Shown piece after piece: positions 49,020-59,879 of a DNA stretch of 64,000 nt; the first letter of the stretch is position 1; each line of letters begins with the position of its first letter. Source of the stretch: Macrostomum lignano. Lineage: Eukaryota. Below the pieces are notes generated by a model. That model had not been told where the DNA came from, made no database searches, and saw only the letters and a list, made by a program, of their open reading frames with translations. Position numbers and translations under genes: made by a program. The DNA is taken from positions 15,026 to 79,025 of the forward strand of contig NIVC01003750.1 in the NCBI GenBank assembly GCA_002269645.1. The letters are read 5' to 3'.

Positions 49020-49319
49020 TTGGTACTAAAAGGAACAACCCAAGGAAGTGGAGTTGTCGCAGATAAACTACATGAATTTGGCCAAACTTTAGAAAAAACG
49101 GGTGAGAAAGCTAAAGGATTTTTTGACAATATTGGATCCAATTTTAGGCCAGCAGTTCAGAAGATTTTTACTAAGTTAGGAAAAGATTTTAACATCATTG
49201 AAAAACACGACGGAAGCGGATTATATCTCGAAATGCGACCAAAAGCAGGTTCAGGAATTTTCTTAAATTCAAATGTTATGGGCAATGGATTGCTATTACC
49301 AAAAGCAGATCTCGAATAG
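49020..49319 (+). CDS. Small Polinton protein with GSG/GNG repeats and an amphipathic helix (pVI-like)
   Basis: TQGSG, HDGSG, KAGSG, VMGNG; the GEKAKGFFDNIGSNF segment looks amphipathic. Confidence 0.55.
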   Translation: MVLKGTTQGSGVVADKLHEFGQTLEKTGEKAKGFFDNIGSNFRPAVQKIFTKLGKDFNIIEKHDGSGLYLEMRPKAGSGIFLNSNVMGNGLLLPKADLE

Positions 49320-49402
49320 ACTCCTGGGGGGTGGGTCAAGACACCAAAAACGCAAATTAAAAAATCAATAATTCAAACATTATATAAATTTTATTCTATA
49401 AA

Positions 49403-52400
49403 ATGGAAGCAATTTTAGCTCAAATCGACAACCCTGAACTTAGAGCACAATTAATAGCTCAAATCGATGCACAACGAATTGCCGATAGGGCTGAAATAGA
49501 AGCAAGAATTAGGGCAGAAAATGAGATACGTTTAGAAAGACAATTAAATGATATTAATAACCCCCAACCACAAGTACAAAATGGAGCTGAAGTAATATAT
49601 ATAGATATAGATATAAATACAAATTATAAAGAATATTTTAAACAAATGAAAGATAAATTAAAGACTATATTAAACAATTATACTATAAGGCCAAATAACA
49701 AACGACAGCCAATTAAGTATAAAATAGAAGTTGAAACAGAATTTAAAAAACCAAATATTCTTAATGCAAATTCAGAAATTGAAGTAATAAATAACTTTTC
49801 ACAAGAATCATATAAAACATTATTATCAATGGGAAATTACAACAATCAATTCGATCAAATAGAAGCTGAGTTTGATGAATGGATAGATAAGATGACAGAA
49901 AACGGATCTGGGTTTATATTTGTATCCTGTAATTCAGCAATAGTAAAGATTGCACCTATAGAAATTCTTAAAGGACGATCACATATGAAGCTCAAATTTA
50001 AATCACCTATGATTATAAATCCAGACAATAAAGATAATAAATGTTTATTATGGTGTTTATTAATTCATAAATATCACAATCAAGTAGAATCACACATTAA
50101 TAAAATATATAATTATAGACAATATGAGGATGAAATAATAATGAAAAACATATCATACCCAGTAGCAATAGATGATATATATAAGATTGAAAAAATGAAT
50201 GGTTTAAATATTAATGTGTTTACAATTGAAGAACCAAAAGATCTAGAAGAAATTTTAACCGATCCAGAATGGTATAAGAAAAGGTGTTATCTTGTTAAGC
50301 CAGCAACTGATATAACAGCACCAGATCAAATCGATCTTTTGTACATGCAGCGCGAAAATGAAACACATTATATATACATAAAAGATATTAGTTCTTTTTT
50401 AAGAGAAAATAGAAATAGATATCCACTATGTAGAAATTGTTTTACATTTAAAAAGGATGAAACAGCTCTTAAAAACCACCAACGATTTTGTTTAGATCAC
50501 AAATTTACTAATGCTATAATGCCAGCATCTGAAGATGCAACCCTAAAGTTCCAACAACATTATATGGCAGTTAAAAAACCAATAGTAATATATGCTGATT
50601 TTGAAGCAACAAATGTTCCCTTAAAAGAACCACAAACAGTATCTGATGACGATCATGCAAAGCATGCGACCCTACGAGACGGTGAATGCACAAAAAAATT
50701 GGCACAACAGTTTCCGAATAGTTATTGTATATATGTACACTCTGTAGCTGATCATATATTTAAATCAAGGATGATTACTTACCACGGTAATGATGCAGCT
50801 AAGCACATGGCAGAATCATTAGTAAATGTATTTGAATATATTCAAAATCAATATGATAAATTATCAAAAAATATTAATATGACAAATAAGGATAGAGACA
50901 ATTATAAAAATGCAACAAATTGTTTTATGTGCAAAAGACATTTAAGTAAGAATAATAAGATACGAGAACATTGTCATCTAACAGGAAATTATCGAGGGGC
51001 AGCATGTAGATCATGTAATGCAAAAGAAGGAAAAGGATGTAAGGAAATACCAGTATTTTTTCATAATGGTCCGGATATGATTTTCATTTCTTAGTTCGAG
51101 AATTGCTTCATTTAGGAAAGGATGAATATGAAATAAATATATTACCTAAAACATCAGAAAATTACATATCAATAACATATGGTAAGAAATACTCCCATCT
51201 AGTTTTTCTAGATTCCTTGAGATTCTTATCAACATCTTTAGCAAATGTTGTTTCATCATTAGTTCCAAAACCATGGGATTTAGAAATAGTAAAGAAAAAC
51301 TTTCCAATCTTATTGAATCGTTTCAAAAAAGAAAAACTATCCGAGGAAGAACTAATGCTATTAACTCGTAAGGGCATCTACCCATATGAATATGTAACAT
51401 CTGAAAGAGTATTTTTCATACCGAATTACCCCCAATTGAAAAGTTTTATTCAACATTATCACAAACAAACATAAGTGAATCGGATTATGAACACGCTCAA
51501 AAAGTATGGAAATACTTTAATTGTAAAACATTTAAAGATTATCATAATCTATATCTTAAAGCAGATGTTCTCCTATTAGCTGATGCATTTGAAAACTTTA
51601 GGAATCATACATATGAGAATTTTAAAATTGATCCCGCATATTGTTTCAGTGCACCGGGATTAACATGGGCTTGTGGTTTGAAACATACAGATGTTAAGAT
51701 TGATTTACTAACTGATCATGATATGTTGTTAATGATTGAGAGAGGAATTCGCGGCGGATTCTCGGTGTACTAGGAGATAGATATACTAAAGTAAATAATA
51801 AGTATCTTCCAAATTATAATAAAAAAGAAAAATCATCATATGTATTATATCTAGATGCAAACAATTTATACGGTGGTTGTATGAAACAAAAATTACCAAT
51901 AGCTGATTTCCAATGGGAAGATGACCCCGATTATTACAAAAATATTCCCGAAGGAAGGGGCTGTATCGTAGAAGTGGATTTGCAATATACTCGGGAAGCA
52001 AAAGCAAAAACATATAAATATCCTTTAGCTCCAGAGCATTGTTCAGTTAATGAAGATGATTTATCACAAACACAAAAAGATTATCTTAAAGTAGATAATG
52101 CAAAACATCTAGCAACAAAAAAATTAATATTAAATTTACATGATAAGAAAAACTATGTAGTGCATTATAAGCTTCTACAATTTTATGAAAAGCAGGGATT
52201 AAAAGTGTCTAAAGTACATCGAACAATATCGTTTATTGAGGAAGATTGGTTAGCTAAATATATTGACTTTAATTCAAATCAGAGACAGATGTCAAAAACA
52301 ATTTTGAGAAAGATTATTGGAAATTAATGAATAATGCTTTTTATGGAAAAACGGTTGAAAATATTAGAGATAGAACCCAATTCCATTTAGAAAAGGATAT

Positions 52401-53394
52401 TGATAAAGCAAAGAAATATTTCTCAAAACCTAACTTTAAAGACTTTATAAAATTTGATGATAACTTTATGGGTATTCATATGAGAAATAAAACAACAAAA
52501 TTTCTTAAACCAATATTTATTGGAATGGTTGTTTTAGATTATGCAAAGCTGGTAATGTATGAATATTATTATGATGTTATAAATAAAACATGGCCAGATA
52601 ACTATCCAATATATGCAGACACCGACAGTTTGGTATTTAAGGTTGAAACAGAGGATCGGGCAAAGCCCGCGAACCAAAGGTTCGATGTCTATAAAGATAT
52701 GGAAAAAATTAAGGATACACTGGATACCTCCGACTATCCGGATAACCATCCTTTAAAATCAGATCAAAATAAAAAAGTTGTACTTAAAATGAAAGATGAA
52801 TTAAATAGCAAAATCATAACCGAGTTTATAGCAATAAGATCAAAATGCTATGCATTTAAAGTTTTAGGACAGGAGGGAGAGGTAAAAAAAATAAAAGGGG
52901 TATCAAGGGCAGCAGTTAAAAAGATAACATTTGATGATTATAAAAACGTACTTTTAGATTACCTTAATACAATTGAAAATTATCATGCTCCACAATATCG
53001 ATTAAATTCAGATAAGCATCAGATGTTTGTCATCGAGACAGATAAAAAAACATTAAGTCCATTTGATGATAAAAGATATTTAGATGATAAAATTAAAACA
53101 TATCCATATGGTTTAAAAGAAGAGATAAAAAATATGATAAAAGATAAAAAACAAAAAGAAGATATAATAAGCAAATATAATGAATACAAAGAGGCAATAA
53201 ATAATTATTATTACGATTGTGATTGCGAATCCGAATGTGAATGTGAATATAATACATTTCTAGAATATGAAAAAGATATAGATAATTATTATTCAACATT
53301 TCCAAAAGAACTTAAAAAATTAAATAAGGAAAAAGTCTTGAATAACTGGAAGAGATTAACAGAAAAATTACTTATCGGGTCTGTAAAAAACTAA
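49403..53394 (+). CDS. polB: Protein-primed family B DNA polymerase (pPolB), four single-base frameshifts (~51070, 51415, 51775, 52300)
   Basis: IYADFEA ExoI, FHNG(S)GYD ExoII, RKGIYPYEY, LYLKADVLLL, LDANNLYG motif A, KLMNNAFYGKT motif B, YADTDS motif C. Confidence 0.95.
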
Positions 53395-53727
53395 AGCATG
53401 TAATTGTTTGAGCAAATCATTAACTTCAATTTCATATATTATTGAGCACCAATTATCCTCACAGTCGTCAGGGTAACTTAAACAATCCTTTATTTTTTTC
53501 CTAAGTTTTTTTATTTTTCTAACCAATCTATCTATTTCAATTTCAATTACTATTTCAGCATAAACAATATCTTGTCTTAAAAAACGTTTTCTTTTATCTA
53601 TCTCATATCGGATGGGAAACATATCGTCCCCATACTCATGATATTTCTGAGATATAATTATATTTATTTTTTTATTAATATCATTAAGTTCACGCTCTTT
53701 AGTGATAAGGATTTTTATCGTATCCAT
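53368..53727 (-). CDS. Polinton hypothetical protein (helical, basic)
   Basis: 119-aa ORF in a gene-dense region, AT-rich upstream context. Confidence 0.55.
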   Translation of the reverse strand: MDTIKILITKERELNDINKKINIIISQKYHEYGDDMFPIRYEIDKRKRFLRQDIVYAEIVIEIEIDRLVRKIKKLRKKIKDCLSYPDDCEDNWCSIIYEIEVNDLLKQLHALVFYRPDK

Positions 53728-53742
53728 TTTCTTATAAAAAAT

Positions 53743-54075
53743 TTAGTCTTCGTCGTCATCCTCCCAAACAGCCGCCAATTTTACAGTCCTATCACTCTTT
53801 TTATTATTTGTTTGTTTTAGTTTAAATTGCAATCCACCCTCGTTGCAGTATTTCATAACAAACGCTTTAGGTTTATTAATAACTAAAACAGGAAAATTTT
53901 TAACATCATCTCCGCTTAGACATAAAATTTTTTGCCCATCTAATTGTAAAAATATCGATTGAAGTCCAATAAATTTAACCTGTCTCAAACATACAATATT
54001 ATATTCTTTATTCTCCAACATATTGGGTGTGAGATAATTAATCACATTAGAATCGGTTTTGAACCAGCTCTCCAT
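53743..54075 (-). CDS. Polinton hypothetical protein with acidic C-terminal tail
   Basis: MESWFKTD...WEDDDED; ATG preceded by an A-run. Confidence 0.55.
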   Translation of the reverse strand: MESWFKTDSNVINYLTPNMLENKEYNIVCLRQVKFIGLQSIFLQLDGQKILCLSGDDVKNFPVLVINKPKAFVMKYCNEGGLQFKLKQTNNKKSDRTVKLAAVWEDDDED

Positions 54076-54102
54076 TTTTAATCTAAAAAAATAACAAAAA
54101 AA

Positions 54103-54615
54103 ATGAAAGACATTTATGTTTGTAATAAATGTAATGTGACTATGCACAGAGGGCAAACAGCAAACGGAGATATATATCATATGTGTTATTCATGTTCTAA
54201 AATATATCAATTTGAAAAAACAAAAAAGATTGAAAACTCATATTACTATTTTAAAAATACAATTTTAAGAAATCTTACAAGAGACATTTCTGATCCAATT
54301 TTAATTCCCGGAAATAATGTTTATTTATATAATAACTTTTTCCATTTAAATAAAGGAAAGGGATTAAGTTCGAAAGACTCCGAAAGGATTTTAATTTTAG
54401 TTGGATATTATTTCAATTTTCTTATTCGAGAGAATACAAAGTTTATAAGGATAGGTAACATACCTAACGAAATGTTATTGAAAAAGTCATTGGAATTTTT
54501 ATGTATTGATAAAAAATTTAAACCTAGGATCAGAAGAGAGTTACCACTTTGGGAAGAATATATAACATATGCATTAGAAAAACTAAACAACCTGAAGTTC
54601 TACCGCACTTCCTGA
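54103..54615 (+). CDS. Polinton hypothetical protein with N-terminal zinc ribbon
   Basis: CNKC...CYSC. Confidence 0.6.
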   Translation: MKDIYVCNKCNVTMHRGQTANGDIYHMCYSCSKIYQFEKTKKIENSYYYFKNTILRNLTRDISDPILIPGNNVYLYNNFFHLNKGKGLSSKDSERILILVGYYFNFLIRENTKFIRIGNIPNEMLLKKSLEFLCIDKKFKPRIRRELPLWEEYITYALEKLNNLKFYRTS

Positions 54616-55236
54616 CCGCGGGCTTTGTGCCCAGTAGCAATAGTTTCAGGTTCGTAAATGCCTAATGTTTCTATCGGTGGAGCTTTGGGTTTATCGAGTC
54701 TCAACTCTTTTAATTCCATATCGGTAAAAGTTTCAACATCTAAAATTCTATTTCTATCTTTTAAATATTTTTCATATAACTCAACCGCGGTTGATAATTC
54801 ATGAATCGTTATCTCTCCGTCATCCAATATTTTTTGCACATATAAATATAACTGATTTTTATATTGCTTGGCAACATCTCTTAATGATTTATATTTTTCC
54901 TTTCTTTTTTTAAGATATAATTTAATTGCTAAAAGTATTGATAAGTTCTGATCAATTCAAAACCTGATATTGAGCCAATTGAAATACCTAAAAATAATTG
55001 AGATAAATTAAGAGTTGGAATAGATTGTAAAATACCTAAAACGATTACACATAACATTGATAAGCTTCCAAATCCAATATTGAAAAATCCATATTTCTTA
55101 TATGGTTTGAAACTCTTCTTACTTTTTTAGTATATAAATCATAATCATAGTTAATACGATCAACATTACTTAACATCTGACCTTTACGTTGGTTGAACCG
55201 GTCGCGTTCCCATTTATCTGCTTCAGATACCGACAT
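54600..55236 (-). pseudogene. Polinton membrane/coiled-coil protein, frameshifted
   Basis: The pieces join into a helical protein with a central hydrophobic hairpin (LGISIGSISGF) and a ILDDGEITIHEL...YEKY tail. Confidence 0.55.
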
Positions 55237-55248
55237 TCTCGTCTATTT

Positions 55249-55548
55249 TTAATAGCACCAAAATGAATTCCCCACGCTCTTTGGGTATTTGCCCGAGCTC
55301 AATAGGTATTGTATTGGAGTTATTCTTTCTTTTTTCTCCCATTTAAATCCTATTTTCCAAAACTCTTGAAGTATAATATGATTTTTTAATAACTTAATTA
55401 ATTCTTGAAGCTTCTTATTATCCTGAACATTTACAGTACTAAATAAAAATTTGGTATGAGATTTGAATGTTTTTATATTTGATTCTTGTTTAGGAATAGG
55501 AATAATAACATTATTTTGCCGCATCGATGGAGTTCTACTAAAAGCCAT
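55249..55548 (-). CDS. Polinton hypothetical protein
   Basis: 99-aa ORF with ATG preceded by an A-run. Confidence 0.45.
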   Translation of the reverse strand: MAFSRTPSMRQNNVIIPIPKQESNIKTFKSHTKFLFSTVNVQDNKKLQELIKLLKNHIILQEFWKIGFKWEKKERITPIQYLLSSGKYPKSVGNSFWCY

Positions 55549-55586
55549 TTTATATATAAATATTTAGATTTGTACGGGTGGTTTTT

Positions 55587-57425
55587 CTAAATAAGCGGTA
55601 GAGGAAAAACATAACCAAACGATGTGCTACCACAAACGGCTGCGCCACGAATAAAATGTGCAGCATCCGATCCTCCAGTTCGAGCACCAAAACCCATAAG
55701 GGTTCCAGTTTATCAAGTTCCCCAAGTTCCACTATCATATGTGAAAACGTTCTGCCAATGAGGGTAAGAATCACCAAACATTGTATGACTTAATGATACC
55801 AAACCCTTTGATTTAAAATATTAATTTCAAATAAATGCCAATCGCCGTTATCAATATTTGCATAATCTACCGTTTGATCTGCGTCAGTATTAACATCCGC
55901 GCGGCTTGATCCGTCTGATTTTTTATTACTCCATACAACGCCAAATTTATCATGCCACTCACTTGCAAAAACTATCAATCCGGCGTCGGTTGTTAATCCA
56001 GTCCCACCTTCACTTGTTGGGCGTTCGTGACAATATGCATAAAACCAAACCGCATCTGCACCATCTCCTGTAGAATTAGCGACTCGGAAATAGAAAGACG
56101 CAGATATATTTTGAAAATGTGTGAAATTGAATTGTAATGCCCCACTTACTCCACCAGTTTCACGAGTAATTCTAGCTCCATTTTGATAATCGATATAAGA
56201 AGCGTCGCCAATTAAAGAACCAACTGGATATATATCTCCAGCGGTTGTTGGATTTTGATATCCAGTCCAATTACAAATTACTGGCTCGAATAATGCGGCA
56301 TCAATCGCGGAATATTATCCAATTTATTTTTATCACCGGCAGACATTCTACCATTTGAAGTTGGAGTTGCTACCTGATCTACGTACGCTCGCGGGGTAGC
56401 AGATAGTATTTCATTTGGCCAATTAAGATCTTGAATTTCAACTCGGTGTTCAAATAATTGTATTAGACGAACCTCGATAGGTTGTGTAGCGGTGCCACCA
56501 GTTGGGAATAAAACGCTATAATATTTCCAAAAATTAACCGTTAAATTAGTTAACGCAAATGAAGTTGCTTGAATTGGTGATCCCGACGTTCGTAATACCG
56601 TCCATGCATCGGTAGCAACATTTTTTGCACGAACCGACCATCCCGAGGGTATCTCAATAGTTGCGCTGCCTGTAATTCTTAATTCATTTATTCTTCGATT
56701 ATAACCTAAAAATTCAAATTGAATTTCCATATTGGTTGTGGTTCCGGTATTTGGTGACCATTGTGTCGCAAGGCTTCCATCTCCAACTCGAAAAGCATCG
56801 TTGGTATTTTCGGATGCTGTAAGAACAACATCTGGATTTGAAGTATTTGATGTAAGCGGCGTGGCAAAAATATCGGCGTCGGTTACATTAGCTCGAGCGT
56901 TGACCTGCCCTAAATTGACCGAGTCTGTGGCCTCTGTTCCAAATAATAAATTTGTTAATTTAAAATTATTCATATTGATATTGCCGTTACGACTACCAAC
57001 CTGATTATCGACATAGTTCTTATCAACTACCGAGTTATTCGTTGTAATTGCAACATTTATAATTCGATTGTTATCCATATCTAAAGTTCCGGTTGCGGTG
57101 GCTTGAACATAACGCGAATCAGAATCAGTTCGAGAATAAGAATCAGTTATATCTCTTTTTAAATTTAACCCAGTGTCAACCTCTGATTTTGTATATGAAT
57201 CGCTAATATCTCTTTAAGATTTAATGAAGTATCGATTTCAGTTTTGGTATAGGAATCTGCAACATTCCGTTTCAAATTTAGTTTAGTATCAACTTCACTT
57301 TTTTTATAACCTTCATCTTCATTAATATATCGATTATCTCCAAATGTAACACTTATTCCACCAGATGTGCCACCACCACCACTACTTGTTGTTCCGTTCC
57401 ATGAGGGTGTTCCAGAAAATATCAT
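55587..57425 (-). pseudogene. Fibre/receptor-binding protein candidate: phage tail-fibre-like repeats, beta-sandwich and L-type-lectin-like domain; frameshifted
   Basis: SYTK(T/S)E(I/V)D repeats, DMDNNRIINVA...KNYVD, MNNFKLTNL...DSVNLGQ, NGRMSAGDKNKLDNI, SASFYFRV...GDGADA, GFGARTGG. Confidence 0.65.
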
Positions 57426-57921
57426 TTTTTACTGTCTATTTTATAGAGTCTAAAATCGTCTAAACTCGTCGATCGAACCTTAGGTTCGCATGCTTTGCAT
57501 GATAGTCTTAAATACTTGTGGTTTACACGAGCTTCATTCGAAAGTCGATATAAAAAATATAACGCTGCTTGTCCGCAATAACTTTTATCAAAGGTTTGAA
57601 ACTGTTCGTGATGATCTCCACATAAACGATTTTTAGTATGATTAAATTTGTCTTTTATTTCCTGTAACGGAGGAAGCGCGTATGAATCAAAAAAATAAAC
57701 AAGTTTTGGTTTTGAATAAACTGCTGACCAATGAACACCGTTTTTTTGTTGTGTTTCAATATTACAATGAAAGATCCATATTGTGGTAAGTCTTTGATCT
57801 CATCTCGCATAACACATCTGAATGGTTTTATTTTTAACTGCCTCGCCCAATTTGTTAATTCGATATTGCTTGTTGTGTCCGTTCCATATCTTTGTTTAAA
57901 ATCATCCCACGTCATGGTCAT
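57422..57921 (-). pseudogene. Adenain-like cysteine maturation protease, frameshift near 57735
   Basis: GVHWSAV, FFDSYA, QTFDKSYCG (His/Asp/Gln/Cys catalytic set). Confidence 0.85.
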
Positions 57922-57922
57922 T

Positions 57923-58132
57923 TTATGTTCCTGAAAAACTCTTGGTTTTAGTTAGTTTCGTAGGTGTGGGTTTTAACAATTCCTTTCTTATTTTATCAGC
58001 TTGTAACTGCCTTAATTTTGCTAGTTCTAGTTCGTAATTATCTTCAGCTTTTTTAACTTTTTCTGATTGTTTTTTTATTAAATTATTATTATTATCGTGC
58101 TTTGCACGCGAACATGTTGTTCGATTACCCAT
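57923..58132 (-). CDS. Small coiled-coil protein with MG start
   Basis: 69 aa, sits between the penton and protease genes. Confidence 0.55.
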   Translation of the reverse strand: MGNRTTCSRAKHDNNNNLIKKQSEKVKKAEDNYELELAKLRQLQADKIRKELLKPTPTKLTKTKSFSGT

Positions 58133-58176
58133 TTTTACTATAGGAAACGGACAAAGTCCTCGAACCTTTGGTTCGG

Positions 58177-58884
58177 CTAAACCTGTTTTATACGTAAAAT
58201 CACTGTTATTGACTGCCCACCAAAACTTATTAATCTATCGCTTTCATCTACAATCCTAATATAAATTGATTGAACATTATATTGATTTAATGGGTAATAT
58301 ATTGGGGTTTGAGGTGATACAATCATTTTCTCTCCAATTGGAACAGCAAGAAATGGGATTGAATAAATAATTCCACGTTGAACCAAAACTCCGTTATCGT
58401 CTGTTATATAACCACCGTTTGAAATGTCGGTTGTTATATTAATTGTATTTACTCCACCCTCTATATTTCCAACTGTATCACCGGTGCTTGATGTGGTAAC
58501 TATTCGGGAATTAAATCCAAGTATGGTTCTGAGTGAATTTGCAATTGTGAAATCAACCTGATATCCGGATCCTAGTGATAGTGTGAATCTGCCAGACGGT
58601 AAATCAACACCTATAACAATCGCGCCTGCTACCCAATCGCCGTTAGATGTTAATTCTCCTTCTATATAAGCATTCAAATCAGTATAGCTATACGCTCCTG
58701 GGTTAACGCTAAATGTTGTCCAATTGGCTCCGGAATCTTTAGAATATCTAAATTGATTATTTGTTGCATTAATTAATTGAGGCATGTTGAAAACCGAAAA
58801 TAGTATTAAACCTATTTGATAACTTAGGCTTTGATCAAGTTGTAATGGATCGCGCAATTGAATCCGTTGCTCGCTGGTTGTCAT
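58177..58884 (-). CDS. Minor capsid protein (penton)
   Basis: PLQLDQSLSYQIGL...NATNNQFRY...VNPGAYSYTDLN...SLRTILGF...PIYYPL...IRIVDESDRLISFGGQSITVILRIK, the Polinton penton pattern. Confidence 0.85.
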   Translation of the reverse strand: MTTSEQRIQLRDPLQLDQSLSYQIGLILFSVFNMPQLINATNNQFRYSKDSGANWTTFSVNPGAYSYTDLNAYIEGELTSNGDWVAGAIVIGVDLPSGRFTLSLGSGYQVDFTIANSLRTILGFNSRIVTTSSTGDTVGNIEGGVNTINITTDISNGGYITDDNGVLVQRGIIYSIPFLAVPIGEKMIVSPQTPIYYPLNQYNVQSIYIRIVDESDRLISFGGQSITVILRIKQV

Positions 58885-58981
58885 TATAAACTGTAATGTT
58901 GTACTAAATTTTGAATTAGTTCGATCTACCAATTGTTTTATAGTATTAAATTTGTAGTCATTTTTATAGTGGGAAATTAAT

Positions 58982-59069
58982 CGGACGAAGTCCGCGTTCC
59001 GAAGGAACGATCGAACGAAGTTCGCGACCCTATGGGCGATCGTACGAAGGTACGCGTGCTATGCACGAT
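58982..59069. repeat. Three tandem 29-30-bp double-hairpin elements (family also at 50654, 52657, 57472, 58096, 58148 and 59491)
   Basis: Each unit is C-stem-triloop-stem, G, CG-stem-triloop-stem-CG, AT, with different but compensatory stem sequences. Confidence 0.85.
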
Positions 59070-59857
59070 CCTCTTCTTCCTCATTATCTTCTTTTATCAA
59101 ATTTGTTAAAATTCTATGTTTCCTTTCTAACCTCGGATTGATATAAATATGTTTGTATTGGCTATCATCCCAAATTTTTTTACACATACTTTTAAATGGT
59201 TTTGCATCCAACCCGGGATTAAATCTAGCGTGAATATTTTGTAGATCATAGTTATCTAAATCAAACATTACACAACAGCTAGCATTCTTTTTATTAATCG
59301 ATTCTAATTCTCTAAAGGATTGAGTAAGATAAAAAGCTCCAATTCCATCTCCTCTACCACTAAAAAAATTTCCTTTTGTAATTCTTGATCACCGTCATTA
59401 ATACAATCATCAAAATAATTAGTGTTTTATCATGTTTTGGAATTTGATCATAGGCTAATCGGGTTGATACTCTAACAGTTGGGGCTCGATCGGACGAAGT
59501 CCGCGACCCTTCGGGGCGATCGGTGATGTTTTCTGGCTGTTGTGCCATTGTTTTACATAAATCCTCAATGTCTGCTAGATTAAATCGCGGTTCGTCATCA
59601 TCCTCATATTGCTCATATGCTCTTAACATTCTAAACAAGACATCTTTTTTTAATTTGTTTTTTAATCCATGTTTAAGAAATTCATAATATTTTATTCTAG
59701 GTTTGTTAGTATAAATTATTAAATTATTATAGTCTAGCATTCCATCTGTTGTTAATAATCGTAAACAAAGTGTGTTTTTCCTTTACCCGATCCCACCAAT
59801 TACTAAACAAAGAAAAGGATCATTTGGAAATATCTTATCGTGTTTTGCCTTTACCAT
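59059..59857 (-). pseudogene. FtsK/A32-type packaging ATPase, frameshifted
   Basis: Walker A GGSGKGKT (one extra G), Walker B LII(F)DDC (one T missing), SGRG..IGAFYLTQS. Confidence 0.85.
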
Positions 59858-59879
59858 TTTTAAAGAAATAATTTAAATA

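Noticed and set aside
58110-58132. N-myristoylation signal MGNRTT
   Set aside because: Residues after MGN come from a 30-bp double-hairpin insert, so the motif may be incidental
58982-59069. Palindromic tandem units as a mini-CRISPR array
   Set aside because: No constant repeat with variable spacer; the whole unit varies while keeping its structure
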